A program made the position numbers and the translations under genes. A stretch of 62,456 bases of DNA, filler included, from Choristocarpus tenellus KU-1152 (taxonomy: Eukaryota > Protista > Phaeophyceae), in NCBI GenBank assembly GCA_964200185.2. It is 7 parts of 7 records of this genome, joined end to end, with 100 filler letters (N's around TTAATTAATTAA, not from the genome) between each part and the next. Parts side by side here need not be neighbours in the genome. Positions count along the whole stretch, not along the records: positions 1 to 17,004 come from CAXNAD020000736.1; positions 17,105 to 20,536 come from CAXNAD020020065.1; positions 20,637 to 30,188 come from CAXNAD020003586.1; 4 more parts are not named here. One strand, 5' to 3'. This document shows, piece after piece, positions 14,231-26,307 of this stretch. The number at the start of each line of letters is the position of its first letter. Position 1 is the stretch's first letter. The notes beneath the pieces were generated by a model. That model was not told where the DNA came from. It did no database searches and saw only the letters and a program-made list of their open reading frames with translations.

Positions 14231-14976
14231 TGTTCTTCAACGGTTCCAGATACACGAACCCTCTGTGATGAAAACGACAAAGGTTTGGGCATGGATGGAT
14301 AATATCTGCACAAAGAACTGTTAAACCAAGTTTCATTATTATTGCACGAGTTTGGTTGAACTAATGGCAAAGAAAAATGCTTAGTGACACGCTTGCAGGA
14401 AATAAACGATGTCTGCAGGGCAAGAGGTGCGACTGGTGGTGTCAACAACACCATGGCTGTTCCCAAGTGGACAGGAGTCAAATCTGTGCAAATTATCTTG
14501 GGAGGTAATGTTATTTGTCAGTAGTGAAGATAAGAAGGTGTGAAGCCTCACACGACCCCTTTCGCTGAAGAACGTGAAAATAACGGATGGTTGAAATTAG
14601 AATAGTGACCATTGTGGGGTGTCTTCTCATTGCTTGCTTATTATTATTTGTGCTTCCTACAGAAGTCAACAATTAAATCAAAGCAGTTGAATTCAAATAA
14701 AAAACCCTATACATATTCCATTCATAATTCTGATTTACTTCCTCATTAGTTACATCACATGGACTCAATCATAATGACTATCTCTCGTACACAAAATAAG
14801 ATACACCTCACTATTGTCCTATTTTGCACACTCCGCCATGAGAGTGCAGGCAATGAAAGAGTTGCTGGAACTCTCAAACCTAAAACATATTATTGTGTAC
14901 ACTCCCCATTCTGCACACTCCCCGATGAAAATGGAAGTAAAAGAACGCGGATTACTTCAAGTTTAACACACGACAT

Positions 14977-17004
14977 TTATCTAGTCAACACAGTGTCTAC
15001 AAAGTCTTCTACCTGCTTCTCGCGTAGTCTTTTGGTCAAGATGTCTGCAAGTTGGAGTGTCGTGGGAATATACTTTACTTTAAAAAATCCTTTGCTATCA
15101 TACTCCCTGGCACATTTTAGTTTAATATCTACATGCCTTGTTCGTCCATTGAAGCCTTCAGTTGTTACTGCTTGGATTGCACCTCGATTGTCTCCATACC
15201 AAGTCGTGATCCCTTTGAGTATGCCCAGCTCCCCCAGGATGCCTCTGAGGAATATTGCATGCCTCATTTCATGCACCATCGCTGTCCATTCTGCCTCTGA
15301 TGAAGATGTGGTTACAGCTCCTTGCACCTTGGATTTCCATGCAATTGGTGCTCCATTCATGAGTATCAGATACCCTGTCACGCTCCGCCTTGATGCAGTC
15401 TCATTGCCCCAGTCTGAGTCTCCATACCCGCCAGGCCCCCATTGTCCATTTCACCACCAGCAGGATAGTGTACCTCTATTTTTTTTGTGGTGCCCGCCAG
15501 GTATCGCAGAACATGTTGTAGTCCTTTCTAGTTTCGATTGCATGGAGATGCTGTATATCTTCCCAGTTCCCGCACACTGTTGGATAGGTCTGGTCGTGTC
15601 ATCCCGGCTAGGAACAATAGTTTTCCCAGGATGGTGCGGTAAGGTTTGTGCCTCTGGTCCAGCTCCTCCTCATCAGTTCTTCTTGTGGTCAGGTCCATTC
15701 CTGGGTTTAAAGGTGATGAGGTACTCCGTACTTCTGTGGATCCCATTCCTTCGCGAACAATCTCTCTGCATAGAAATGTTGGTCTAGTGTGATGCCAGCC
15801 TCATCCTTGTTGATTGCTACCCCAACTAACTTATCTGGGTTCCCGAGGTCCCGTCCTTCGTACTTGGTAAGCAGATTGCTCTTCATCCTCTTTATTTCTT
15901 CGCGGAAGTTTCCAGTCAATGAGATGTCGTCCACCTAGTGAAAAAGAACAGCGACCCTTCCATCTTCACTCCTTTTCACATATAAGCAGGCGTCAAAATC
16001 GCTAACACTCCACTCCTCAGCTGAAATTATTCCCTTTAGCTTCTTGTACCACTCCATTGCTGATAGCTTGGGGTATCGGATTGACTGCAATATCGATTTC
16101 CTGATTAGAGTCGTCTTCAGTATCAGAAATTTCTTCATCATCAGTCGAAGTCATGGTCTCTCTCTCCCCCACGAAGTCCATGATGTGTTCGTCTGGCTCG
16201 AACGTCATATAGGCTGAGGTTACCAACTTGGCCTCTTGAGGAAGCCAGATGTACCAGCATAGTGATGTACGATCATGTCCCATTATTACACCTCGCTTGG
16301 CGTATGGGTGAAACTTTGAACTGGCCCCTCTCTGCTGCTTGTCCTGGTGAACATAGCACTCGCTCCCCCAGGCCCGAAGCCTATCATAATTGAAGGATTT
16401 ACCTGTTAGACACTCGCATGGCGTCTCTCCTCCGAGGTAGTCGTGTGGCATGCCTCCAGTCTTGAAGGCGACGTCCGTGATGGCAAAGAACCAATACTCG
16501 TCGCCCAGCCCAGCCTTTGCCAGTTGACTCCTTGCTGCCCCCATGAGTTGCTTTATCGCCCTTTCGGCGATTCCGTTGCTCTGTGATGTTCTCGGTGGAG
16601 ATTTCCTCCATCGGGTACCGTTGTTCGCCAGCATCCTTTGGAACTTCACTGATCTCCCAAGCTCGCCTGCACCATCCCCACTGATACATTTGACTGGTAT
16701 ACCTTCCCTGGCTATCTGATCGATATAAGCAGCGGTTGCGTCCGTCGCTGCATTTTTCGTTTTTAATCCATACACCCTCTTGTTTCTGCTGCTCTCATCG
16801 ACAAGCACCTGAAAATATTGGTGGCCAGTGATGTCCGCTTTAAAAGATCCCCGCCAAATCTGTGTGGACAACCTCGCCGGGCTGCTTGGGGGTCCTGCCA
16901 CCCTGTTGATAGCTTAGGGCCTCGGACTTGCATTCCTTGCAGGTCTCGCATTGCAGTTCTGACGCCACAGTAGCGTCGGTGATCTCTAAACGTCCACGTT
17001 TCTC
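14977..17004 (-). mobile_element. Ty1/Copia LTR retrotransposon pol remnant (integrase - partial RT - RNase H), 5' end cut by contig end
   Basis: Integrase: YFQVLVDE, ISGDGAGE, SNGIAERAI, AKRGVIMGHD. RT: SAMEWY, DACLY, VDDI, RPDLS. RNase H: TGY...GAPIAWKSK, SSSEAE, DNRGAI, RTRHVDIK, QLADILTK. INT precedes RT, the Copia order. Confidence 0.93.
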
Positions 17005-17104
17005 NNNNNNNNNNNNNNNNNNNNNNNNNNNNNNNNNNNNNNNNNNNNTTAATTAATTAANNNNNNNNNNNNNNNNNNNNNNNNNNNNNNNNNNNNNNNN
17101 NNNN
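17005..17104. other. Artificial contig-joining spacer
   Basis: 44 N + TTAATTAATTAA (stops in all six frames) + 44 N. Confidence 0.97.
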
Positions 17105-17175
17105 TTTTTGGTGTTTTTTGGGCCCCCTTTTGGGTTTTTAAAATACACAAAAAAAAAAATAATTTGGCCCCAAAC

Positions 17176-17212
<37 letters not shown>

Positions 17213-17226
17213 AGATACTTTGACCC
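17105..17226. mobile_element. Poly-G/C MITE family B, right half, inserted into a family A copy
   Basis: Ends C-run + AGATACTTTGACCC, followed directly by TAA and the right half of family A (17227-17329). Confidence 0.7.
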
Positions 17227-17422
17227 TAAACATTTTAGAGTAGGAAAATGCAATAAAAAACCCCTTGGAAAGTCAAGTCCCAAATGGACACACGGGGCCA
17301 AACTCGTACCCTCTAAGATATTTTCATTCTGAGGGGGGGGTTGCAGTAGAGATGAGAGTATTGTGGACTGAGCGTAGTGCACCCTAGAACCACTGCTGCA
17401 AAATGTTTTTCGCTCTTTCTAA

Positions 17423-17684
17423 GAGCCAAAGTATCTTAGAGGGTATAGCCGCGTCCATTTGGGGGACAAAATCCAATGTTGCGATTTTGATAAAATTTTG
17501 GCTATCCTTTTTATTAGGAAGTGTCAATATCCTTGTTCCGGACGAACCTTTTCTCATGACGTACACATTTTATCTACTTCAAAACATTTTGGAGTAGGAA
17601 AATGCCATACAAATACTCCATGGGAAGCCAAGCCCTAATTGGACAAACAGGGCAAAACTCGTACCCTCTTAGATACTTTCACTC
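17423..17684 (+). mobile_element. MITE family A (about 260 bp)
   Basis: TIRs GAG(T/C)CAAAGTATCTTAGAGGGTA / TACCCTCT(T/A)AGATACTTTCACTC; 3-bp TSD TAA. Confidence 0.85.
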
Positions 17685-17821
17685 TAATACGCTTTCGAAA
17701 ACCTACCCCTAGCCTCAACTCTAACCTCATCCCTATCTTGCGTGTGAAAAATATTCCTACCCAGTCAAGAATGGTTTGGGAGAAGTTTCAAATTACAGTA
17801 GTGGTTCAGCAGGTCAGTGCA

Positions 17822-18089
17822 GAGTCAAGGTATCTCAGAGGGTAGAGCATCGTCCGTTTGGGGGACCAAAATCCCAATGTTGTGGTTTTGATGTAATTTT
17901 GGCTATCACGTTTGTTAGGATGTGCCAATAACCTTGTTCCGGTCATACACATGACACCTACTCCAAAACGTACATCTTACCTACTCTGGAAGGTTTCGGA
18001 GTAGGAAAATGTCATGAGAAACACGTGGGAAGCCAAGCCCCAGACGGACGAACAGGGCAAAACTCCTACCCTCTAAGATACTTTCACTC
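17822..18089 (+). mobile_element. MITE family A
   Basis: Same TIRs and body; palindromic flanks CAGTGCA|...|TGCACTG. Confidence 0.85.
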
Positions 18090-18337
18090 TGCACTGGGGA
18101 ATCACCACTGCCATCATTTGCTCCCTTTCCACACGCATTTTGAAAATCTATTCTTAACATTTAACTTTAACCCTTAACCCTCTCCAGTGTGAGAAGAACA
18201 ACCCTACCTGTTTTTGAAAAATACCAATAAGATGGCAGTGGCTCACCACTGCACTACTGTTACAGGCGAATAGAGTAAGTACTTCTTCCTGCACTTTAAC
18301 TAGCACGAGCAGTTTGTGCGCGTATGGAACCCCAAGA

Positions 18338-18596
18338 GAGTCAAAGTATCTTAGAGGGTAGAGCCGCGTCCATTTGGGGACCAAAATTCAATGTTGTGAT
18401 TTTGATAAAATTTAGTTATCGGATTTTTTAGAAAGTGTCAATATCTATGTTTGCGGACACACCTTTTCATAACATACACATTTTACCTACTCCGAAATAT
18501 TTTGGAGTAGGAAAATGTCATAATAAATTCCGAGGGAAGCCAAGCCCCAAATGGACAAACAGGGCAAAACTCGTACCGTCTAAGATACTTTCACTC
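18338..18596 (+). mobile_element. MITE family A
   Basis: Same TIRs and body; 3-bp TSD AGA; inserted in an LTR-like sequence starting at 18258. Confidence 0.85.
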
Positions 18597-19692
18597 AGAG
18601 TGAAATCTGTAACTTGGGAAGGTTGCAACGGTTCTCTCAGATGCATTCTAACGTCCGTAAACCAAAGAAACAAAACGGTAAATGATGATAAGAGATCCTT
18701 AGCGGCTCAGATCCCAAACAACTCAAGGCCCCATAGGGCTCACTCTTAACTGGTACCAATTCTCATATTCATGCTTATTGATTCAAAAGAATACCCTCAT
18801 CTGGGTACTGAATATTCATCATCTTCATTGGACCTTTGACTGTCAGAGTATCCTGGGAGGCTTATGCGAGCATCAGCGTCTGTTACAGGCCCCCCCGAAA
18901 GCTTACCTCCACAGGATGTATAGCTCCAATCTACGGGCTTATAGATGATACTGATGTATGTATAGGACTCATGATGCACATGTCGTCAAGAATGCTGGAT
19001 CTCTCACTTGGACTATCATCAATATCATCGCATAAGAAAGGAACTGATCAACGATGTCTTATCACAATCGGGGATCATAATGATCAATAATAAATAAGTA
19101 GTCAAGAAGTAAAAATATATCGCATCTAGAACTTCAATGTCATAATGGTGTTTATGAAACCGCCATCAAGACATATCGCCTGTGACATGCCCTAGCATGA
19201 AGCATAACTGCTTCAATGCNNNNNNNNNNCCTATCATGAACGCAGCAGAAATGAAATGAATGTCACTTACAGGTCCTAACATATCAGTAGGCAGCGTTGG
19301 GGATCCAGCGGAGGAGGAAACCTGTAGGAAAAACCCCCTTCCAACTTTTGCCCTGACGACAGATACGTTAGCGCGACACTCGCGTCTCATGGCACCCACT
19401 CTGCATTTGACTCAATATTCAAAAGAACAACTCCTACACGCATCAACAACTTCACCCCTTTCCACATCGAGCTCGTCGAAAACTCTTGTCTTTCTTAGGA
19501 CACACAGCGGTCCTTTCAGGTGCCTCGTCTGCAATCGACGTCCCACGCATCAAAGGACAGCTCTTCCAGGTCCATTGAGACGACGTTAGGGCAACTGAGT
19601 GGTTCATATTTCGGTGAGAGAATACACGCTTTTTGCATGGCCAGCCGAAAATCGTGGTAAAGGTTGCCATGTGTTAGATTTATTTTTTAAGA

Positions 19693-19951
19693 GAGTCAAA
19701 TTATCTTAGAGGGTACGGCCGCGTCCATTTGGGGGCCAAACTCCAATGTTACGATTTCCATGTAATTTTATCCGTTGTATTTGTTAGGAAGTGTCAGTAT
19801 CCTTGTTCCGGACACAACATTTCATAACATACACATATTACCTACTCCGAAACATTTTGGAATAGGCAAAATATCATAAAAACCCCATGGGAAGCCAAGC
19901 CCCAAATGGACAAACAGGGCAAAACTCGTACCCTCTAAGATACTTTCATTC
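19693..19951 (+). mobile_element. MITE family A
   Basis: Same TIRs and body; TSD not cleanly preserved. Confidence 0.85.
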
Positions 19952-20536
19952 CAGAGAGAGAAAGATGTGACGCGGAAGGCTGCGGCCATCGCCTAGTTTT
20001 GCACTATCGAGTGTACATCGAGGACTCGCGGATGCCTCATTTTTATGAAGTTGTTTTTTGGGGGGATACATAGGCGAAGATCTCATTGATTTGTACCAAC
20101 TCCCCACTCTCCTCCCAAACGTCCTAACCAAATTGAAGGCTACAAAACAAATAGGATATATATCTTAGAAAGAAATTGAAGTCAAACTTACCCACTACCA
20201 ATTTCCTAGAGTAATCCTTTGGGGACCGAAATGATAAACCATCGAATTAAAGTAGAATGGATTATTGATGATCCCTTAAAAGAGTTATCCAATTGAAGCG
20301 ACCGATACTCATTTTCCCAGCCAATCAAAATGCTCCAAAAAGTTGTACTGTATACGGAGAATACCCCACACTCCTTTGGCTTGATAATAGATATGCTTGC
20401 TATGTTTACTAGCATGTCATACCCTTCCGCTGCCTCAGTCGAAACCCCGATCGTAAGGCAGAAACTGGGACTATATCACCACAATATGACGTCCATACAC
20501 GAAGAGGTATCAAGGGCCAAATTATCTTGGGGGGGG

Positions 20537-20636
20537 NNNNNNNNNNNNNNNNNNNNNNNNNNNNNNNNNNNNNNNNNNNNTTAATTAATTAANNNNNNNN
20601 NNNNNNNNNNNNNNNNNNNNNNNNNNNNNNNNNNNN
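20537..20636. other. Artificial contig-joining spacer
   Basis: 44N-TTAATTAATTAA-44N; preceded by a family B-like left end GGGCCAAATTATCTTGGGG (20514-20536). Confidence 0.97.
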
Positions 20637-21919
20637 TCAGAATGCCTTGAAGGAAAATGCAGTGACGCATGCCGTATGACATAGCCGTCCACTCTGCCTC
20701 CGAGCTGGAGAGGGTGACAGCACCTTGAAGCTTAGAGCGCCAGGCGATCGGCGATCCGTTGAACAGGATTATGTACCCTGTAACACTCCTGCATGTTTGT
20801 TGGTCGGTGCCCCAGTCAGAATCTCTGTACCCAACAAGGAGTTCTTCATTCCTCTCGTCCATATCTTTGTCCCCTCGATCATAGTAAATGCAGACATCCA
20901 ATGTTCCAGCTACGTAGCACAGAATGTGTTGCAGTCTGCGCCAGTGCCGCATACATGGAGATGCTGCTCTATGCCCCAGTTCACGAATGCTATTAGCCAG
21001 GTCTGGTCGAGTCATGCCTGCTAAGAACATGTGTTTCCCAAGAATACTGGCATAGGGGTATATGATGGGATCTAGTTCCTCCTCATGATCGTGTCTGGCA
21101 GAGAGATCTATGCCAGGGTTCAGTGGTGTAGATCTTTCTCGTACTTCCATAGAGCCCATCCCGGTCATGACAATACTTTCTGCATATGGTTGTTGGTCCA
21201 GGGTGATGCCATCTTCACCCACAGTGATGCTCACCCCAATCTGCTTGTCTGGTGTACCTAGGTCTCGTCTTTCCTACTTTTCTAGTAGTGATGCCCTCAT
21301 CCTTTGGGTCTCTTCTGTGAAGTCTCCAGTGGTGGCAGTGTCGTCCCCGTAGGTAGTGAGGATGGTGATGCGTCCATCTTCACTCTTCTTGAAGTAGAGG
21401 CACTCGTCGTGTTGACTGCTCGTCCACCCTTCTGCTAGAATAGTGTTGCGCAGTTCATGGTACCATTCCATTGCTGACTGCCTCAGCCCATAAGATTCCC
21501 TTTTCTGCCTTGACAGTGCGGCCATCAGGAAGCTCCAACCAGATGTCCTCCTGCAGATCTGCGTTGAGGTAGGCCTGTGTGAAATCCAGGGCGTCTATGC
21601 TCCATCCTTTGTACGCTGCAACCGATATGACGCATCGTAGTGTGTCGTATCCCACTACCGGGCTGAAGGTTTCAAAGAAATCTACTCCTGCATTTTGGGT
21701 AAACCCTCGTGTCACGAGTCTAGCCTTATATCGTTCCACTGTCCCGTCTGCAGAGTGCTTGATTTTGAAAACAAATCGTGTCTTGATTGCTTTCCTTCCT
21801 TGGGGTAGGGCTTTGTCACTAAATGTCCCCTTCTGCCAAAGTCCTGCCATTTCCTTTTCCATGGCTTCCTGCCATTGATCTGCATCTGGCGTAGTGTAAC
21901 TGTCAGAAACATATTTCAA
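20637..21919 (-). mobile_element. Ty1/Copia RT-RNase H remnant, frameshifted
   Basis: WQEAMEKEM, FVFKIKH..G.VERYKARLV.RGFTQ..GVDFFETFSPV, LDF.QAYLN, YGLRQS..EWY, YGDD, RPDLA, DSDWG, SVTGY, SSSEAE across three ORFs. Confidence 0.93.
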
Positions 21920-22319
21920 ACATATTTCTCTACCAGTCTATATCGCACAGGATTGGTTCAATACCTAGTGGACACGGAAGAGGATATGCTAGATTATTGT
22001 CCGATTGTTCTGGAAAGTGGACGGAACCTTTTTTTATTTTGGTGAGTTAGAGAAAATTCCTCGATTTTGAAAGTTTGGTTGGATAGGTGAGGTGTTTGTA
22101 GAGAGTTTGAAGAATTGAAATATTGCTATTTTGAATATTTTTTACGTCTTTCCAATTCATCTTTCAGTGACGAATTTTTCACCATACCTATCAACTCACT
22201 TACTCATTGATGATAGATGGTCATCGCGCACCAAAGAGGTAAAGCCAACAAGTAGATCATACACAAGTTGCATTTGTTGTTGTCCTGGGGCGTGTGATTG
22301 TCCTTGTTCACAGGTGGTC

Positions 22320-22654
22320 ATGGGGACGGCGACTAGCAGGTTGGAATCATCTGAGAGAGCAGGTGGGTTGTTTTCATGGTGTTTCAGGTGATAGGTTGAG
22401 AAGAAGAATGGAAAACAGAGAAGAGCAACTAATGAATTCGCTATCGTGTTTGTCGCTTGTTGCCCTTAACTTCTCGACTACAGTCTCGCAACGGGAAATT
22501 CTTCTTGAATTCTATGCCTCCACGAATGGACATTCATGGAACAATAATACCGGGTGGAACTCCAATGCTGATGACCTGTCAACATGGTATGGGGTTGAAG
22601 TCGACGATGAAGGATACGTGGTCAAGGTTGACCTCCACGGAAACAACCTCAAGG
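22320..22654 (+). CDS. 5' exons of a leucine-rich-repeat protein (N-terminal LRR cap); rest of gene not found
   Basis: Exon 22320-22362 (MGTATSRLESSERA) splices in phase to 22484-22654 (VSQREILLEFYASTNGHSWNNNTGWNSNADDLSTWYGVEVDDEGYVVKVDLHGNNLKG; donor G|GTAAGA), the cap typical of brown-algal LRR/ROCO proteins. Confidence 0.7.
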
Positions 22655-24956
22655 GTAAGACTTGACCGTCGTGTTTTACATTCCAAATTTGTGCGGCGCA
22701 TATCCATTTCAAGGTGGCTTCTTGTATGGTTGGCTTCATATTATTGATGTGTGTATGAACGGGCGCAATGTTATTGACTCGCTCGTGGATGTATTGTACA
22801 GATGTGAATGATCAACGAGTTGATACTGAACATTCGTGCATGTGTGTTGACGCATGGACCATTGATTGTGACATCAGAATCACATAGTATTGGTCGAGTT
22901 TTCTTCCACGTTATTGGTCGTAAGAAGGAATGTGGTATGTCTACACGAGATCGTACTTGACTTCTGTCATTTTTGGAGGTCAGGATGCAGCGTGTGTTAA
23001 CACTTGTAAGGCAATACATCAGCTAGACCCCTTCTGTAAGTGACAGGAAATTGGTTTATGTGATGACGCCAGACCTCACCTTTCAAGGTTTAACTTTGGG
23101 TATTCTTGTTAGGAAAGACCGAACAGAAGCTATGTTGTAAGGTATGTTTTAGCGGAGTAGACAAAAACCGTACAACAGTGAAGCTATGTGAGAACTGCAT
23201 CTTTTTGTTGTTGTGATGTGCTGCGTGTGTCTTAATTTTGACATCTACCTCGTGAAATCCACTTTCAGGCTTTCATACATGCTTTCGATTGCAACTTTGT
23301 TCCAAGTTTTATATAATGCTCCTACTTATATATATAAGTATATATATATATATATCGACACTTTATCCCAGTCAATTTTGGGTCAAGCCCATCCTCAATT
23401 TTTGAAATCGGCTGTTCAATCGTGTGCCCTTCTACAGATGAGCGACGGCAGGGGTGAGCGAACTGCTTGTACAACTGAAGGCCTTCATCCTAGGCATCCC
23501 AATAAAAACCTACTCTGACAGTTTCACGAGGTTTTTGAAACCCGTCAAATGTGTCTTGGTCGGCTTTGCACTGGTGATCCTCCACAGTCATGACAGTCCA
23601 CCATCTCATATTTGCACGCCTCCCAATATATAAGAACTAAGCCTTGACCAGAGGGTTCATCACATGGGTCGGTCCCAGGCGAAAATGGACCTTAAAAATG
23701 TTACGTTACATTTGAATGGAGGAAGAATCACCTAGTAGGTGTGTTCCTTTTGGACAGTCAATCAGCATGTAATGAGGGAGGGGACTCCCAGACAGGTTAT
23801 GTAAGATGGTTACATGTGTGGTAGAAACCTGAAACAACACATAAGAATCTGGAACCAGGGTAACACTTAGAACATATGGCCCAAATGCTAAAATAACCTG
23901 GAAAACAGTAGCAATACTGCAGTCAATGGTGTTTATTTCCCTAAAATTCCATTCCCATACTGTACACAATATTCACGGTATCTTACCGTACTTAACCGTA
24001 TATTTTTCAAAATCTCTGTTACTGCACTGCATCATATATTTTCATCTTTCCTCATTCTTAGAGAATGAGGATTTCGGTTTGCATTAGTCCTGTATCAAAG
24101 ACTATTATTTTCAACATTTCTACAATGATGAAAACTAGTCAATAGTCAGATAGGTAACACAAAAAAGAGAAATACACAAAACAGGAAAAAAGTATATAAA
24201 TATATTTATACTGCGTAGTAGTTCAGTATTCAACAAATAACAGCATGAAAATAAAAGTTGCGACAGTGCCAACAAACACAGATCGAAGAAAAAAACATAA
24301 TAATGCTGGAAAAATGGAGCAAACACCAGCACCACACCATATATATATATGTAACTGTATAACATCATAGATTTTTCATTAATATACCAAAAAAATTATA
24401 CTTTAAACCCAGGTTGACTCTTGTGCAGTAGCTCTGATAGCTGCTTGAAGCAATGCAATAACTGACTAGAAAAAATATTGGAAGTAAAATGGTTCTTGAA
24501 GAAGAGAGAGGTGGTTAAATTTATTTGTGATGTCAGCATTGAAGGGTACTGCAGGAAGGGAAAGTATTACAAGAAATATTATTCCTTAGATTGAAATAGA
24601 TACGCTGTTAGTTTACCGTATCCTAAGAAAAGTGGTATATGTTAGACCATTGGACTGCAACGCACAAAGATAGCATGAGATATCATGAACAATGCCTGCC
24701 TTTGATACTAAGGTTACTTTCATATTACTACTACCAGATCGGTCAAACATTTCCAACACTGCACACCTCTAAAAACAATCACTTTTCCCGACCAAACTTA
24801 TAGGGCATATTCATTCACAATTCCACCTTGGGGTTCGAGTTAGTGGGATTAGGATTAGGGCTTCGAGCTTAGCTGTGCTGGTGCCTGCCAAATCATTGGG
24901 CATATGGATAATGATGTCCTCTCCCCATTAAACACCAAGGCAATTAGTGTATGTAT

Positions 24957-26307
24957 CTACTCCCATGGGATGCTGTTACCCACCTGATACAAGAAGCGCT
25001 TCCGAACAAGCCTGAAAAGGTTGACAGTCAAATTCAGATACTGCCCCCCTGCTTGAAGATCCAACTTCTTGTCATAGGGGGGGGCGCTGAAACTGCTCCA
25101 GACGCTGGCAGCACGGTCGGTGTCCACGAGTTCCTGCCAGTGAATTTGTACAAGTTGGGTTAGGGGCAAGAGATTGTGCATTGTGATCAAAACGAAAAAC
25201 AATTGAAGACTAGAGAAAGGGTGAGGTTTATAGTCTTTGCTAAGTGCCATTGATGCCTGTGTGTTTCATTGAGGAAGGAGATTATTCTTACACACAACAA
25301 AATCTTTCTTCAGCAGTGAAAGATAACACATATAAGTTGCTTATTTTTCAAAATGATGTTTTGCATAAAATACTTAAATGCATCTGAGATGAGATGAGAC
25401 CTTGGTAAAGTGCGAAATGGGCCAGACATTCTGGAAATAAGCTAAGAGTAATTATGTACATATTTCTTAGTCAACAGCACAGTGCAAAATATGTCTTTCT
25501 TTGTGCACATTGTCACATCAAGTTAATCATACCTGCTTGTGTCGATGTGATATTTACTGTGGCCGTTTCAGAGCATTGCTACTGATCCTAGCAACAGCTA
25601 ACCCTGACTCTGATGTCATACCCATGTGTCACCAAGTTGGCAAGAGGAACACAACAATTACAACAATAAAATGTACTTTAACAGATAACATAACTAAAAA
25701 ATAGAGTGCAACTCTTGAAATACATGTTCAGGTATATGCATGAGTTGACCTAACTCCAAATCACTTGAAAATTACTGTTCCATTGGCAAGCTATGATCCA
25801 TGTATCTCTCTACAGTTCAACTATCAAACACCAGGTGTGTAAACCCTAAGCCTTCACTCCAGGGGGGGAGATAAGAAACCGTAACCCTCATGAAAAAAAG
25901 GAAAATTGCTGAGAAAAATTAAAAAGTGAAGTGACTGCAACAGCAATATTCATGTCAGCACAAAACCAGTCCCAAGCATTTCAGACAAGAAAATGTAAAC
26001 TTGCATATACACAAAGTAAACAGTTACACATGCATTGACAGCAAAAGTGCAATCAACATTGACAACACACGTACACAAATAGAATGCTCTTACACACACG
26101 GCTAAAACCATATCGAAATTGTAGCCCAAAATAAAATACACACACAATCCAAAACAGAAATCAAAATTACAGCATGCCAAAAAATACACACAGGTAGATC
26201 AGAAGCATGGATAGGCCTCTTGCAGCCGGTGTCAACGATTTGGGTGACCCAATCGAAGCTGAGGTAGGACCACAATCCTGCAGAGTACTCAGAGTTAATC
26301 CACCTGC
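24957..26307 (-). CDS. ABCC/MRP-type ABC transporter N-terminal exon(s), partial or decayed
   Basis: Exon about 26192-26307 (NSEYSAGLWSYLSFDWVTQIVDTGCKRPIHASDLP) matches the ABCC lasso/L0 motif. A likely next exon at about 24980-25150 (HWQE...NLFRLVRKRFLYQ). Other exons not resolved. Confidence 0.5.

Noticed and set aside
14759-15787. 342-aa plus-strand ORF
   Set aside because: Antisense shadow of the Copia RT/RNase H, with no recognisable motifs.
17049-17060. TTAATTAATTAA as a biological motif or piggyBac TTAA site
   Set aside because: Always centred in an identical 100-bp N spacer; it is an artificial linker.
17822-18089. 4-bp TGCA TSD suggesting a Sola-type element
   Set aside because: Seen in only this copy; other copies show 3-bp duplications, so the superfamily is left tentative.
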